From Lama glama (lineage: Eukaryota), in NCBI GenBank assembly GCA_028534125.1, contig CM052817.1:85438001-85502000 (forward strand): a DNA stretch of 64,000 nucleotides. The letters run 5' to 3'. The translations under genes were made by a program, and so were the position numbers. Shown one piece after another: positions 39,560 to 51,771 of this stretch. How positions within the stretch are numbered: the stretch's first letter is position 1; each line of letters starts with the position of its first letter. The notes under the pieces are model-generated. The model was not told the origin of the DNA. It worked only from the letters and a program-made list of their open reading frames with translations, and made no database searches.

Positions 39560-40815
39560 TTAGACTTTTTTAACATTAGACTTTGTTTTGGGGAAGCACT
39601 TTTAGAATTAGAGAAATATTTAATGAAAAATTTTTAGAATTCGCATATTCACCCACGGCACACACAATTACCCCATTAACATCTTGCATTTGTGTGATAT
39701 GTTTGATATAATTGATGACTCAATATTAATACATTATTGTTAACTAAAGTCAATAGTTTACATTAAGATCCATTCTCTGTGTTATATATTCTATGAGTTT
39801 TGACAAATGCTTAATGACATGTATCTTCCATTACAGTATCATTCAGAATAGTTTCACTGCCTTAAAAATCTCCTGTGCTGGGCCTATTTATCTCTTCATT
39901 CTTCCCTAAACTTCTGGCAACCACTTACCATTTTATTGTCTTCATATTTTCACCTTTTCCAGCATGTTATATAGTTGGAATCATATAATACGAAGCTTTT
40001 CAAGATTTGTTTCTTTCACTTAGTCATATCTATTTAAGGCTCCTCCATGTCTTTTTATATGCTTCATAGCTCATTTCTTTTTAGTACTGAATAATATTCC
40101 ATTGTCTGTATATATCACTGTTTATTTGTCCATTCACCTACTCAAGGACATTTTGGTTACTTCTGACTTTCAATAATTATGAATAAAACTACTATAAATA
40201 TTTGAGGGCTATTTTAAAATGGATGTAGCTTTTCAGCTCATTTGGGTAAATACCAAGGAGCATGATTACTGGATTTTTTAGTAAGGGTATGTTTAATTTT
40301 GTAAGAAACTGCTAAACTGTCTTCTAAGTGGTTGTACCATTTTACATTTTCAGCATCAGTGAATGAGAGTTCCTATTGTTCTACCTCTTCAGCAGAATTT
40401 GGTGCTGTCAGTGTTTTAGATTTTAGCCATTCTATTAGATATGTAGTGGTGTCTCATTGTTGCTTTAACTTGCAATTATCTAATGATATATTGTGGAACA
40501 TCTCTTCATATGCTTATCTGTCAATTGTATATCTCCTTTGGTTAAGTGCCCGTTCACATCCTTTGCCCAAATACTAATTGGGTTATTTGTTTTCTCATTG
40601 TTGAGTTTTAAGAGTTTTTGTGTATTTTGGATACCAGTATTTTATCAGATATGTATTCTTTAAATATTTACTCTGAGTAGGTAGCTTGACTTTTGAGGAG
40701 CAAAAGGTTTTAATTTTAATGACATCTGTTTTATCATTTTAAAAATTATTTGGATACAGTTTTTGGTGTTGTGTTAGAAGTCATCACCAAGGTCCCCTAG
40801 ATATTCTTGTATGTA
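39560..40815 (-). mobile_element. L1MC/L1MD-type 3' end
   Basis: 'caatattaatacattattgttaactaaagtcaatagtttacatt...gggtaaataccaaggagcatgattactgg'. Confidence 0.85.
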
Positions 40816-43800
40816 TAGTTTTTAAAGAATTCTTCATTTTCTTCTAATCGTTCCCCTTCCTGGTTTTAAGGATGCAATGTCTTTTAATACATCTCTGAGA
40901 ATTCTAGTCTCATAGCTTTTTTTTTTTTTAAGTTATCTTCTACTCCTTAGTTATCTCTGATTACATCAGGATTGGCTTCTCCATCTTGGTCTTTGTCTTT
41001 TAAACTGCTTGTATTTGAAATCAATGTGACAAATCCTGGTTGTTAACTCATTTTCTGGAATGACTAGACAGAATTTTGTAATACAGTCAAAGGAGATTTC
41101 CTATGCTTCAGCATACATATATCTGTTTTTCCAAAAGTTCTTCCCCCACTTTTGGGAAACTTCATGGAAACAAAAGTAGAGTGTGAGAGCGCACCTGAAT
41201 GTATTTAGTTGGGGAACTGGCTGTTAGACTGCACCCATCCTCCATATGTAAAAATTCCTACTGAGAGGTAGAGCTGAAACAAACTGTGGAGCAGCTGCTG
41301 TGCAGAATAATCTTTAATTAATCCTAATTTTTTTCATTCTCATACCTAATTCTTCACCTCCATGCTTAATTTCAAACTAGGTGTCTCATGAGCCTTCAGC
41401 ACAGAGCATTCACTACTGATTCAGTTGCTTCTATTGCCACCCCACACTCACCCCCACTGCTACCCGAAGCCTGATGTGTGACTCCCCTGCTGCAGAGTTA
41501 TGTTTCCTTCTCTGTAGCACTTCCACTCCCCCTAAACCTTATACTGCACTTGCAGCAGAAATTTGGGAGAGCATTTGCATGTTGGTGTGCATCTTGTGAT
41601 TTTGACCTGGAAGCCTAAGAATGATTTTAAAATATTCCTTACATCTTAGAAGTTGTAAAGTTCCCATGCAAGAATAAAAAGAAAGAAAAATAAGTGCCAA
41701 CAAAATGTTGCTGAGTTGGCATAATCACCATGGGATTTCATAGTCTGGTTTATATGTGACATTAAGATATAAACTTTTGAAACAAAGAATGACATAAAGG
41801 CTATATTGGGTAGTAGATTTCACTCTCAAAACAAATATAACTGAAGTAATAAATTATTTGAAATACTGCTGAGAAAACAGAAATAAATACAGTTTCTTAA
41901 ATCATACTTTTTAAATTTATGGTAAAATAGAACAATGGATTAAAATAGTAAAGCATGTAGTAAAGGCATTGCTTGACAAAATGTATTAATCTTGTTAGTA
42001 AATCATTTAATTACAGTTACATTTTTTGGAAGTTATTTTGGACACCTCTAAATTGGTGATAGATTTTTTTTTATTTTTGTTTTGACACTAAACACATGCA
42101 CACCTCGGATTACATTGATTAATTGATACAATTATGTATTTACTCAATGCAACATCAGCATTTTTCCAGATAGCTGGAGAAAAGTTTGCAACAGCACTTA
42201 CTACTCTGTGAAGGCCACCTTAAGTCCTGCTCTGCTGCTGTCAAGTGCTTTACTTGTTCTTTAATCTCATCTTCTGTTTCTGTGTAAGGAGAAGTAAATA
42301 TAGAAGAAGAAATGAATAAATAAGAAGGAGCAATTGTAAGATAATTTGCTGAAGAACTACTAGAAGTAAGACTTTTATGCCTGTGGCCTAAAACTCTTTT
42401 AAACAATGTGCCCATCACTGCAAAAAGTAGCTAATTCAGAATGAGAGGGATCCGGATGAGAAGCAGCCTGCCTCTGTCTGTTTCTCTTTCTGTCTCGTTC
42501 TCTTTCTTTCTCTATAAAAATACACACATGCACATACACATGCATAATCTGGGTTCAAAATTGCACATCCTGTTTCTTTGCTGTTATCTTTAGCAAGTTG
42601 CTAGATCATTTTATCGTCATTCTTGTTGTCATTGCTATCTACTACTGCTACTATTACTACATATTTTAAAATCAAGACTTCTTGAAAACAATATTTTAGC
42701 CCAAAACAATGACTTTAATAAATGATATTTCAGATAGTAGGGCAAATATTAGTGCCAAAGTATTTGGGGGACAGTTATGTCGTACTAAATCTCTGAAATT
42801 GTACACTCGGGACACTTCTAGTCCTTTCCTTTGTTAGCCAACTAACTACTGTTCTTTTCAACTGCCCACAACCTACTGTGGCCACATTAAAGTATTTCTT
42901 CAAGAGTAAGTCCTACTATATTTCTTCAAATCTTGGGCGATTTTTTTCATAATTGAAAAAATATTCAAAATAAATCCAAATTGCTCTTTCTTAAAAAAGA
43001 TGTATGCTAGCTATTCTGAAAGAAGGTGGAAAAGCAATTACCATAATGTAAATTATATGTATGTTTTTTAATAATATCAACTCTATTTACAAAGTGTTAT
43101 ATTCACTGTAAATAAAAACTTGGAAATAAGCACTTATGCAAGTAAATATAACCATATTTTTATATAATAGCTTAAAACACTACACAGATTTTCCTGTGGC
43201 TGTGCAGAACACCAGTCACACAGTTTTCCTCTTTTTGCCCAGAAAGTATAGAAAACAATTTTCTTTAGCTTTAATAGTTCTTTCTGCAAGTAATTTGTAT
43301 GTGTGTCTAGAGAGCAAAGTCTATAGACCATTGTATCAGTGAATAGAATTGAGTGAATTGGGTGTTTAAAATGTTCCTGGTCCCTGGATTTTAGTATTGT
43401 CACTTTCTCCTACGATTATGTTGAAGTAGGCAGAAAGTTACATTTATTTCTTCATTACTCTTGTTTTATTGCACGTAAAATGTATTGGACCCAATTGTCT
43501 AAATTACTATTAAGCAACCTACCTTTTTAAAATATTATGTTGAGACAGGAATATGTTGTTGACTAATGTTTAGTAAATACTATGTAGTTTTGAATTAGTG
43601 TTAGAGTATATAACTTTATCTCCTAGTCTTCTTCACATAAATGTTTGTAGATTTCAGCACTCTCCCATCCTGTCTAAAATCCATACAGGGTGTATGTACT
43701 ACCCCTCAGTTGAAGGAGGTGGTTATGAGAGCCCTCACCCACTGAAAATGCTCTACAAAGCATTTCTTATGAGATTCAATGAATTCTCCTTCCTGGTATC

Positions 43801-43924
43801 CATTTGCAGTATTATCTATCCATGGACCATAAAACGCATCTGTCAACTCTCAGTCCCTCTCCCTAACGTGGGTCTTCAGCATCAATGAAGTGGATATCTT
43901 ACTTCCATGGCCACAAAGGGTATG

Positions 43925-44455
43925 CAGAGCATGATATAGCAATGGAAAAGTGGTTAAATTTGTGGATCAAGATGTCGTAACTGAGAAAAATTAGCATAAT
44001 GAATAACATTGTTGTGACATTAAAAAAAAGCCAAAGAAATTTACAGAGGTATTACCCAAAATCAGGAAAATTTCAAGTTCTTCTTGGCTGGTGCTGGCTT
44101 GTGTATATCAGAAGATGATGCAGGTGAGAAATGTTAAACTTTCAGGCAAATCAAGACAGATTCTAGAGATCAAGAAGCTGTAGGAATTTAAAAAAAAAAC
44201 AAACCTGCTAAGTGTCATACAGAAGAAAGGTTATTTGGAAAAGCAGTTCTCAACACTGATGAGATTGGCTTGTTTTACAACAGTACAGCAAATGAACATG
44301 TATGATGCAAAAGCATTTTGGTTTATGAAAATGTTGAGACCAGAGGCTGTAGGAACTTAACCCTTTGTTCAAGCACAGTGGTTCAGTATGCACTCTTTCA
44401 GTGTTTGCAGGAACTTTATACAGCATAACAAAAGTGTACAACAATAATCAATGTT
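43925..44455 (+). mobile_element. MER82 (Tigger-type) with transposase remnant
   Basis: 44246-44278 translates VLNTDEIGLFY (pogo/Tigger 'VFNADETGLFY' motif); 3' part 'gagaccagaggctgtaggaacttaaccc...gttcagtatgcact'. Confidence 0.8.
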
Positions 44456-44574
44456 ATGTCCAAACCAATATGAGTTTCCCAAGCAGTGAAAGCCTCACTC
44501 TTCCTGAGGTAGTGACAAGGATGATTCTGAGAACTTGTATTCCAGTATGTGCAGATTCATGTATTTAGATTGAT

Positions 44575-46085
44575 TGTTTTGTGGATTGTCAACCTGAGTA
44601 GGCTGAACTACAAATCACAAAATACCCTTTCTAGTATGTTTCTAACTAGGGTGCACAACTAGGAAGATTCTCTCCTGAGCTGAGTGGCTGAAGGAAGCAG
44701 CAGTAATTTTGCAGCATACACATACCTTCTACTAGTCACTCACGCATTAGTTTAGGTGCTGCTGAGAAGGGACTTTACAGATGTAATGTAAGCCCCAAAT
44801 CAATTAATTTTAGTTATTCTAAAGGGAGATTATCCTAGGTGGGCAAGCTTACTTAGAGGGAAGCCCTTTCTAAAAGGAGTAAAAGCAGAAACTCCATGCA
44901 ACAGAGGTGTGATACTGTGATTTTTAAAATTTTATATATAGTATAATAATTTTATATATATTTTATAATTATTATATATTACATATATATGTGTATGTGT
45001 ATATATATATGATCATCATCACCCTTTCTGGCACAGACCTTCTAAAACCCTTGGAATTTCCTATGATGAGAGCTATGAAGGTGTCTTTTGTTGTGTTAAT
45101 GGAGTCACCTTTGGACCCCACCTAGTGATGGGAGCTGGTTGTCAGAACTAGGAGAATTTTCAGTTCCATCTCCCTGAAATCTGGGAAGGGGAGAGGGATT
45201 GGAGTTCAGATCAATCACCAGTGGTCAAGGATTTAATCAATCATGCCTATGTAATGAAGTCTCCATAAATACTTAAAAAGAGGGAGTTCAGAGAGCATCC
45301 AGGTTGATGAACACATGGCAATATGGGGAAAGTGGTATGCCTATAGAGGACATGGAAGCTCTGTGACCTTTCCCGATGCCTTGCCCTATGTGTCTCTTTC
45401 ATCCGGCTAATATTGAGTTACATCCTCTTGTAATAAACTAGTTGTATTGTATGTAATATGTTTCTCTGAGTTCTGTGAGCTGCTCTAGCAAATTAATTGA
45501 ACCCAAGGAGGGAGTCATTGTATCTTCCAATCAGTAACCATTTGGTCAACAGAATAGGTGATATCCTGGACTTTCAGTTGGCAGCTGAAGTTGGGTAAGA
45601 GGGCAGTCTTGTAAGACTCAGCCCTTACCCTGTGGGATCTGATGCTGTCTCCAGATAGGTAATGCCAGAATTGAGTTAAATTGTAGGACGCCAAGCTGGT
45701 GTGGAAGAATTGCTTAGATGTGTGGAGAAAACTCCTCACATGTGAGAACTGATGATGAGAATTGTAGTTGGTGATCATAATCCTTAAGAGGGAAAAAAGA
45801 TTGTAAAATATTTTTACATTCTGGTACCTCAACAATCATTTCATTGTTCCAAATCTGCTGACTCACTTCCATGAGCTGCGTAAAGCTGCCGCTGGGCCTG
45901 CAGGTGTTTTCCCTTCACTTGAATCCTTCCTTCCTGACTGCAGCCTGTGAACCTTGGGCTTGCTTAGCCAGCTACAATTGTATAAGCTAATGTCCTGTAA
46001 TAAATCTCTTTCTCATCTACAGTTGTATCTCTATCTAAATCTATCATTTCTTATTGGTTCTACTTTCTCTGGTTGAACACTGACT
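44575..46085 (+). mobile_element. MLT2E/F-like LTR interrupted by MER21
   Basis: 'tgtcaacctgagtaggctgaactac', 'aagggagattatcctaggtggg', 3' end 'aataaatctc...ttattggttctactttctctggttgaacactgact'. Confidence 0.75.
44908..45818 (+). mobile_element. MER21 (MER21A/B-like) solo LTR
   Basis: 'tgtgatactgtgat...ctggcacagaccttctaaaacccttggaatttcc...atttaatcaatcatgcctatgtaatgaag...ctgagttctgtgagctgctctagcaaatta'. Confidence 0.9.
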
Positions 46086-46539
46086 TTAAATTATTTTCCA
46101 AATTATTCTTGGAATAATTGTATATTTTGTCATCCGTTCCTTCGCTTCTTCCTTCCTTCTTTTCTTTCATGTTTTAAAGCTGATTAATCTTTCTTGTCTT
46201 CAGCACACCATAACATAAATAAATTTTCAGATAACGTCTCTTTAACTCAGTAGCTGCAAGGTACAAAATGGAAAATTAATCTTAAAAATGTGTAAGATTT
46301 TTGTAGAAAAACAGAGAAGCTAGAGAGTGTAGTTAAGACGGCATGCCAGGCATTTTCTAGGTCATAAAATCATGAAAGGCATGATGCCTTTGAGAGTACA
46401 TTGTTATGGCTGGAACAAAAAATGTTAAAGAAAGTGGAGGAATATGAAGCTGGAATATAGACAAAGGGTAGATCAAGAAAGATTTTGGATGTCAGAAATG
46501 AAAGAGAAAATGCTATGCAATCAACAATCTCATTTTATT

Positions 46540-46923
46540 TTACTCTTTATAACTACATAAGAAGAATATATTTCCCAGGCTCTTCTAGGAACCTGGGATT
46601 AGAGTCAATTCAAATAGTTTTATGTAGTGGTAATATAAAAGGCACATATGTTACTTGTTTCATGTGTCACAAAAAGATGATATAAAAATGTCACTTCTGG
46701 GTCTAAGCAGTTAAGGGCAAGGGTACTTTGCTCATGCTCTTTGTTCCCTTTCTATAGCAACCTTGGAGGATACCAAGAAACCATATTGTACAGTTCCAGA
46801 TGAAGGCATGTACCTGACCCATGGCAGATTTGTATGAATGAAAAATGAACATTTTATTTGGTTAATCCCCTGAGAGTTGGGGTTAATTTTTAAAACAAGA
46901 CAGCCTAGCCTATTTTGACTAAT
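46540..46923 (+). mobile_element. MaLR LTR (MLT1I/J-like) inside L2
   Basis: 'atatttcccaggctc...tgtcacttctgggtctaagcagttaag...cctagcctattttgactaat'. Confidence 0.7.
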
Positions 46924-48111
46924 GGTCCATGAAAAGATGTTTGCATTTTATCATGTAACAAATTAGAGGCAATTAAAGGATGTTAAAGAGAAATACAGCA
47001 TGAGTTTCACTGCATAATCTTTGAGTCATTCTGAATTCCTACACGGAAGTAACGGTGATTCTGTCCTAACCTTTATCTCTCATTGATTCAGGAATATCAT
47101 TACACCTTAGTCGAGAGCAGCTCATGTGGAGATTTTGCAAGGATATCAGATTGAAAATACAGATCTCTGTTAGAAGGCTATTTTCAATAGTTTGAGAAAT
47201 GACACTATTTGAATTATAGCTGCAGAAGGAGAGGTAGAGGGAAGGACACACATCGAGAGATAAATGAGGACAGAATTGGAGACCCTTTCTTAGTTGAAGA
47301 AGCTGAGAAATTTAAGAGAAGTTATCTCCCTGGTTAATATAAGCATAGTCTATCAATAAGACAGTTTAACACAATCAAAACTAATGTCCTCATTTTCACC
47401 ATTTAACAAAAGTCCTTTTAACAGCTCTATTTCTGTCCATACACAAATGCAAATCATACACCATAATTTTCCAATAGTGATTCTCCACCCCAGGCATGGT
47501 GGATTTTTCAGGATGTGAGCGGAGAGGAGACATGGTAGAGCGGTGCTACCTCTACTCTCTGCTTCCATTAGACTGACACCTCTATGACTTGCTTTACATA
47601 TTGAGGTTCCCTGTAAGTTTTTCTTCCTCTACTTTCTCTGTAAGTTATTTGAATCATTTCTCAGTTTATAATATTTGCTTTAGGAGAAATTTGCTCTGTG
47701 CTGAAGAATCTTTTGCCTGGCAGAATTCACCAGTCAACCAGGGTCTCTGGGCTGACCATGACTGTGTTTGCTTTTACTTCCTCTCCCAGGGCACTTTTCT
47801 GTTCTTGTTGAGTACTTCAGAATAGAAAGGTTATATTTTCCTATTTAACTCCACAATCTCAGGACCAGAGTTTATCATATGTTCCAACTTGTGAAGTTAT
47901 AGATCCCAAGCAACTCATCAGAACTTCACGCACAGAAGGACCACTGGAATCTAATCCTGCAAAACTGAAATGCTAGGGTTCCTGGATAAGCAGGCCGAAC
48001 AGGACCCCCATAGAGGTTAAAATGAACAAATACACATGTAAACAAACTGTTTGATTAAATACGTTATTTACAAGATCTAAAACAGTAACTGTCACATAGA
48101 AAATCCTAAAT

Positions 48112-48112
<1 letters not shown>

Positions 48113-48142
<30 letters not shown>

Positions 48143-48588
48143 TTGAGTTATAGTCAGTTTACAATGTGTACAACACAATTTTTCAGTCATACATGAATAT
48201 TCATATATTCATCTTCACATTGTTTTTAACTGTGAGCTATTGCAAGATCTTGAATATATTTCCCTGTTCTATGCAGTATAAACTTGTTTATCTATTCTAT
48301 ATATACCTGTCAGTATCTACAAATCTTGAATTTCCAGTCTGTCCCTTCCCACCCCCTTCCCTGCTGGCAACCACAAGTTTGTATTCTGTATCTGTGAGTC
48401 TGTTTCTGTTTTATATTTAAGTTCATTTGTCTTCCTTTTTTTTTAATTTAGATTCCACATATGAGTGATATCATATGGTATTTTTCTTTCTCTTTCTGGC
48501 TTACTTCACTTAAAATGACATTCTCCAGGGACATCCATTTTGCTGCAAATGGCATTATGTTGTTATTTTTATGGCTGAATAATATTCC
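48113..48588 (-). mobile_element. 5'-truncated camelid L1 3' end with (TTTA)n tail
   Basis: 'tattgagttatagtcagtttacaatg...agattccacatatgagtgatatcatatgg'; TSD agaaaatcctaaata (48098-48112) / aggaattcctaaata (48589-48603). Confidence 0.93.
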
Positions 48589-48619
48589 AGGAATTCCTAA
48601 ATAAATACTTCCTAAATCA

Positions 48620-48915
48620 ATATTCATTTAGCCAACATTGATTGGGATCTTCTCTGTGCCAGGCACCGTGGTAGGGTATGAAGGGATACAAAGAACACAG
48701 GGGCTCATCACCATTGTAAAGAGTAAAGTAAAACAACTGTTATAAAGGAATAATAAAAGCTACAGAAACTGTCTAGAGAGATCATATAAATTTTCCCAGA
48801 TAAAGAAGTATGTGATCCAAAATGTGAAGGTTGAATAGGAGTTCATAAGATGGAGTGGCACTGGGAAAAGGCAGTCTAAGCAAATAGAACATATGCGGAA
48901 ATGCATAGGGTGTTT
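48620..48915 (-). mobile_element. L2 3' end
   Basis: 'attcatttagccaacattgattgggatcttctctgtgccaggcaccgtg'. Confidence 0.7.
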
Positions 48916-51045
48916 TAAAAAAGAAAATTAAAAAATTCTGAAACCAAAGATTGAGCACTGTGTATAAATTTTATTGCCTGGCAGGAAAAACCTAAGCTAA
49001 CATACTCTCTATGATAAAGCACTAGAGAAAATAAAGTAGTTTTTTTTTTTAAGTTTTTAAAGGTTTTAAAACTTTAAACAATTTCTGTCCCACACCAGTA
49101 AAGTCAAGTCTCAATACTGCTTATTGTCTGGCAATATGTGGGCTAATTATTGGGCATTATGGAAGGCTTGGACTGCCTGGAAGTTGTCTTCACTGTGTCC
49201 ATGAAAACCTCAGTTTTGTATCACGGTGTCTAGTTGCCATGGTTGGTATTTCCCATGCCTTTTAGGAACTACAGTATCCCCAGTTGTCATTTGAGCAGAA
49301 GTCTCACCAGATGGCCATGTCAGGGTTTCTGTGGGTTGAGGGGAGTACAGTGGGAAGACAGTAGTGTATTATGACTATATAAAGTGAATGGACTCTGATT
49401 AGCAGTGTGTGTAATAACAGCAAAGGAACATTTACGGAGATTTGGATATTAATAAGTATGCCAGTTTTTGTACCTAGAACTGTACTTTTAGGGGAAATGT
49501 GCTCAGCCTGCTCAGCATCAGAAGCACTTGGGAATTCTGGTTAAAAATGACCAGTGTATAATTTAAATATTATATTTAATGAGGCAACCATTTTAATTGA
49601 ATATTTAACATTATTTTCATTAAAAATTAAATAGGACTTGTGGGATATGTATAATACTTAAACTAAGATTATTGACATTATAAATTATTTCAGTGATTCT
49701 ATGACATGTGATTTGAGTTGGTATTCACAATGTTATTAACTAGGTATTGTACTCCATTTGACATATGTTTAAAAATTTTAAATGATTGAAATTACTTACC
49801 AAGAAATATCAAAACCAGAAATACTGCATCCTTTTAATTTTCAAGGTAACTGTTTTATTCATTCTTGCATAAAGCTTTATTAACTGGAATGAAATTTTAA
49901 ATGTCCTCAATTAAAATTTTAAGAAATTGTTGAGAAATATTATTTATGCTTTATTTGATATTACTGATGCTAATTCTATTGTTCAATCATCATCATTTAA
50001 CTTAACATCATGTAACTTATTTATTTTTATAATTAGTAGAGAGAGTTATATAAATACCATTTGGAGCCAATATGTAGCATGTCTGAATACTCATATTTAA
50101 ATATCTAACATTGATTTTTTTTTTTAGCAGCAATAGTTACTTCTAGTAGCAATTTGTGGACTCTACACATAGTAATTAATAGACTTACTGCTTGAAATAA
50201 AGCAAAAGGACAGATAAAACTTAAGGGAAAAAGAGAATTGAGATAGGAAATGTATTTGGCATTATTAGGAGTCAAGATAATAAAATACTTACAGTGTAAT
50301 TTAAGTAACAGTTTAAGATAGTTATAAAAACTTCAACCTGTTAATCAAATATCTCAGGATAGTGAGCTTGACAGAATAACTGTCTTCTTAGTCATGTAAT
50401 ACATACTTTAAAATTTAGTCATAGTCCTGGAATTGAAAGTAAACATTATTATGAGCAAATCACTATTAACATCAAGCATTTGCAAACCATGTGCTCTGCG
50501 TGGAAAGAGCTATTCATAGGTGTTCACATCATTGCTGAGTTCATGTCGGTCTTTTCTCTGGACATGTCCCCTGCTTCTACCCCAGCAGAGATGTAATTAG
50601 CATATGCCTTCAATTGAAGAAGAGCTTTAGAGATCCATTAATTGTTAAATTTTTCATTATGCTTAAAGCCACTGGAATGGAAAGATTGGAAGTGAAACTG
50701 TAATCCTAATGTTGAAAGCCATTACTGTTTTATTATCTCTCCAAGTTTATGAGAATTTTAAGAAAAAGTGAGCCCATTCTCTAGTGAGTATGTGTATATC
50801 CATATGAACAGTGATTTCAACCTTTTTTTTTCCACTATTAAAATTTTGTTAACTTCATTTGGTTGTATTTATGATTTTTTTAAAATTGGATATTTATGAA
50901 AGCCACAATTATTGTCATTCATTAAAATTCTCTTGTTATTTTCTAAACCTGAGTGTTATAGACAAATATTTTAATTAATTTTATAAGAATTTATTGATTT
51001 TAATGCAGTAAATGACATATTAAGATATACATAATTTGGATATTT

Positions 51046-51159
51046 AAAATGTGTATTATTTTAAATTATTTATTTAATATTTAATACTTTAATAATAATT
51101 AATATTAATTAAAATATTTAATAATATTTTAAATTATTATTTAAAGTAATACACATTTT
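51046..51159. repeat. AT-rich palindrome (PATRR-like)
   Basis: Outer arms 51046-51066 and 51139-51159 are reverse complements at 20/21; the central 16-mer taattaatattaatta (51096-51111) is a perfect palindrome. Confidence 0.85.
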
Positions 51160-51183
51160 CATTATTCCTCATGCTTTCAACAA

Positions 51184-51771
51184 TGTTGAAATTTACCTAA
51201 GCCCTGTGCTCCTTGAAAACTATGATGGCTAAGAAACTTCTACCATTCTGAGTTCAAGAAAGTGGTTTACTGCCAAGAACTACCCTTCGCCAGGTGAATT
51301 AGATACATCCTGAGGATTATGTCCTTGTTTACCTATGTCAAGGCCAGGCAGACCCTCCAAATTCTCATTCTTTGTTACATAAGTGTTTAGCTGAATTGTG
51401 TATCCCCTGACCAATCTGGACAAAATGCCCTCTAACTTAACTTGACTAAAATCTAGTTAGCTTTCTCTCCTCCCCACAGACCCTTGAACCTGACCTGGTC
51501 CCTGAGATTAAGCAAGCACTGAAACAGAAAAAATCCTTAGTGGCTCCACCTGAGAATCATCTGACTACGGAGAAAAACTTTCCTGATCAAAACTCATGCC
51601 ACCTGCTCATCCCACTACCATCACCTGATTTCTCTAGCCTTGTTTACTCCTCCCTGTGAAAGAAAAGCCCATTCTTTCAGACAGTGGAGACTCCTGCAGA
51701 TTTAATGGTCCTCCTATTACAGTAGACTGTGAAAAAGTCTTTCCTTCAGCTTTGTTTTATTTTGTTTGGTA
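51184..51771 (+). mobile_element. MER67 (MER67C-like) ERV1 5' LTR
   Basis: Starts 'tgttgaaatttacctaagccctgtgctccttgaaaac'; contains 'gaccaatctggacaaaat' and 'ctagccttgtttactcctccctgtgaaagaaaagccc'. Confidence 0.85.

Noticed and set aside
47760..47835. Strong plus-strand acceptor 'ttttacttcctctcccag'
   Set aside because: Only a weak donor follows and no meaningful peptide results.
50560..50569. Perfect p53 half-site GGACATGTCC
   Set aside because: No adjacent good second half-site.
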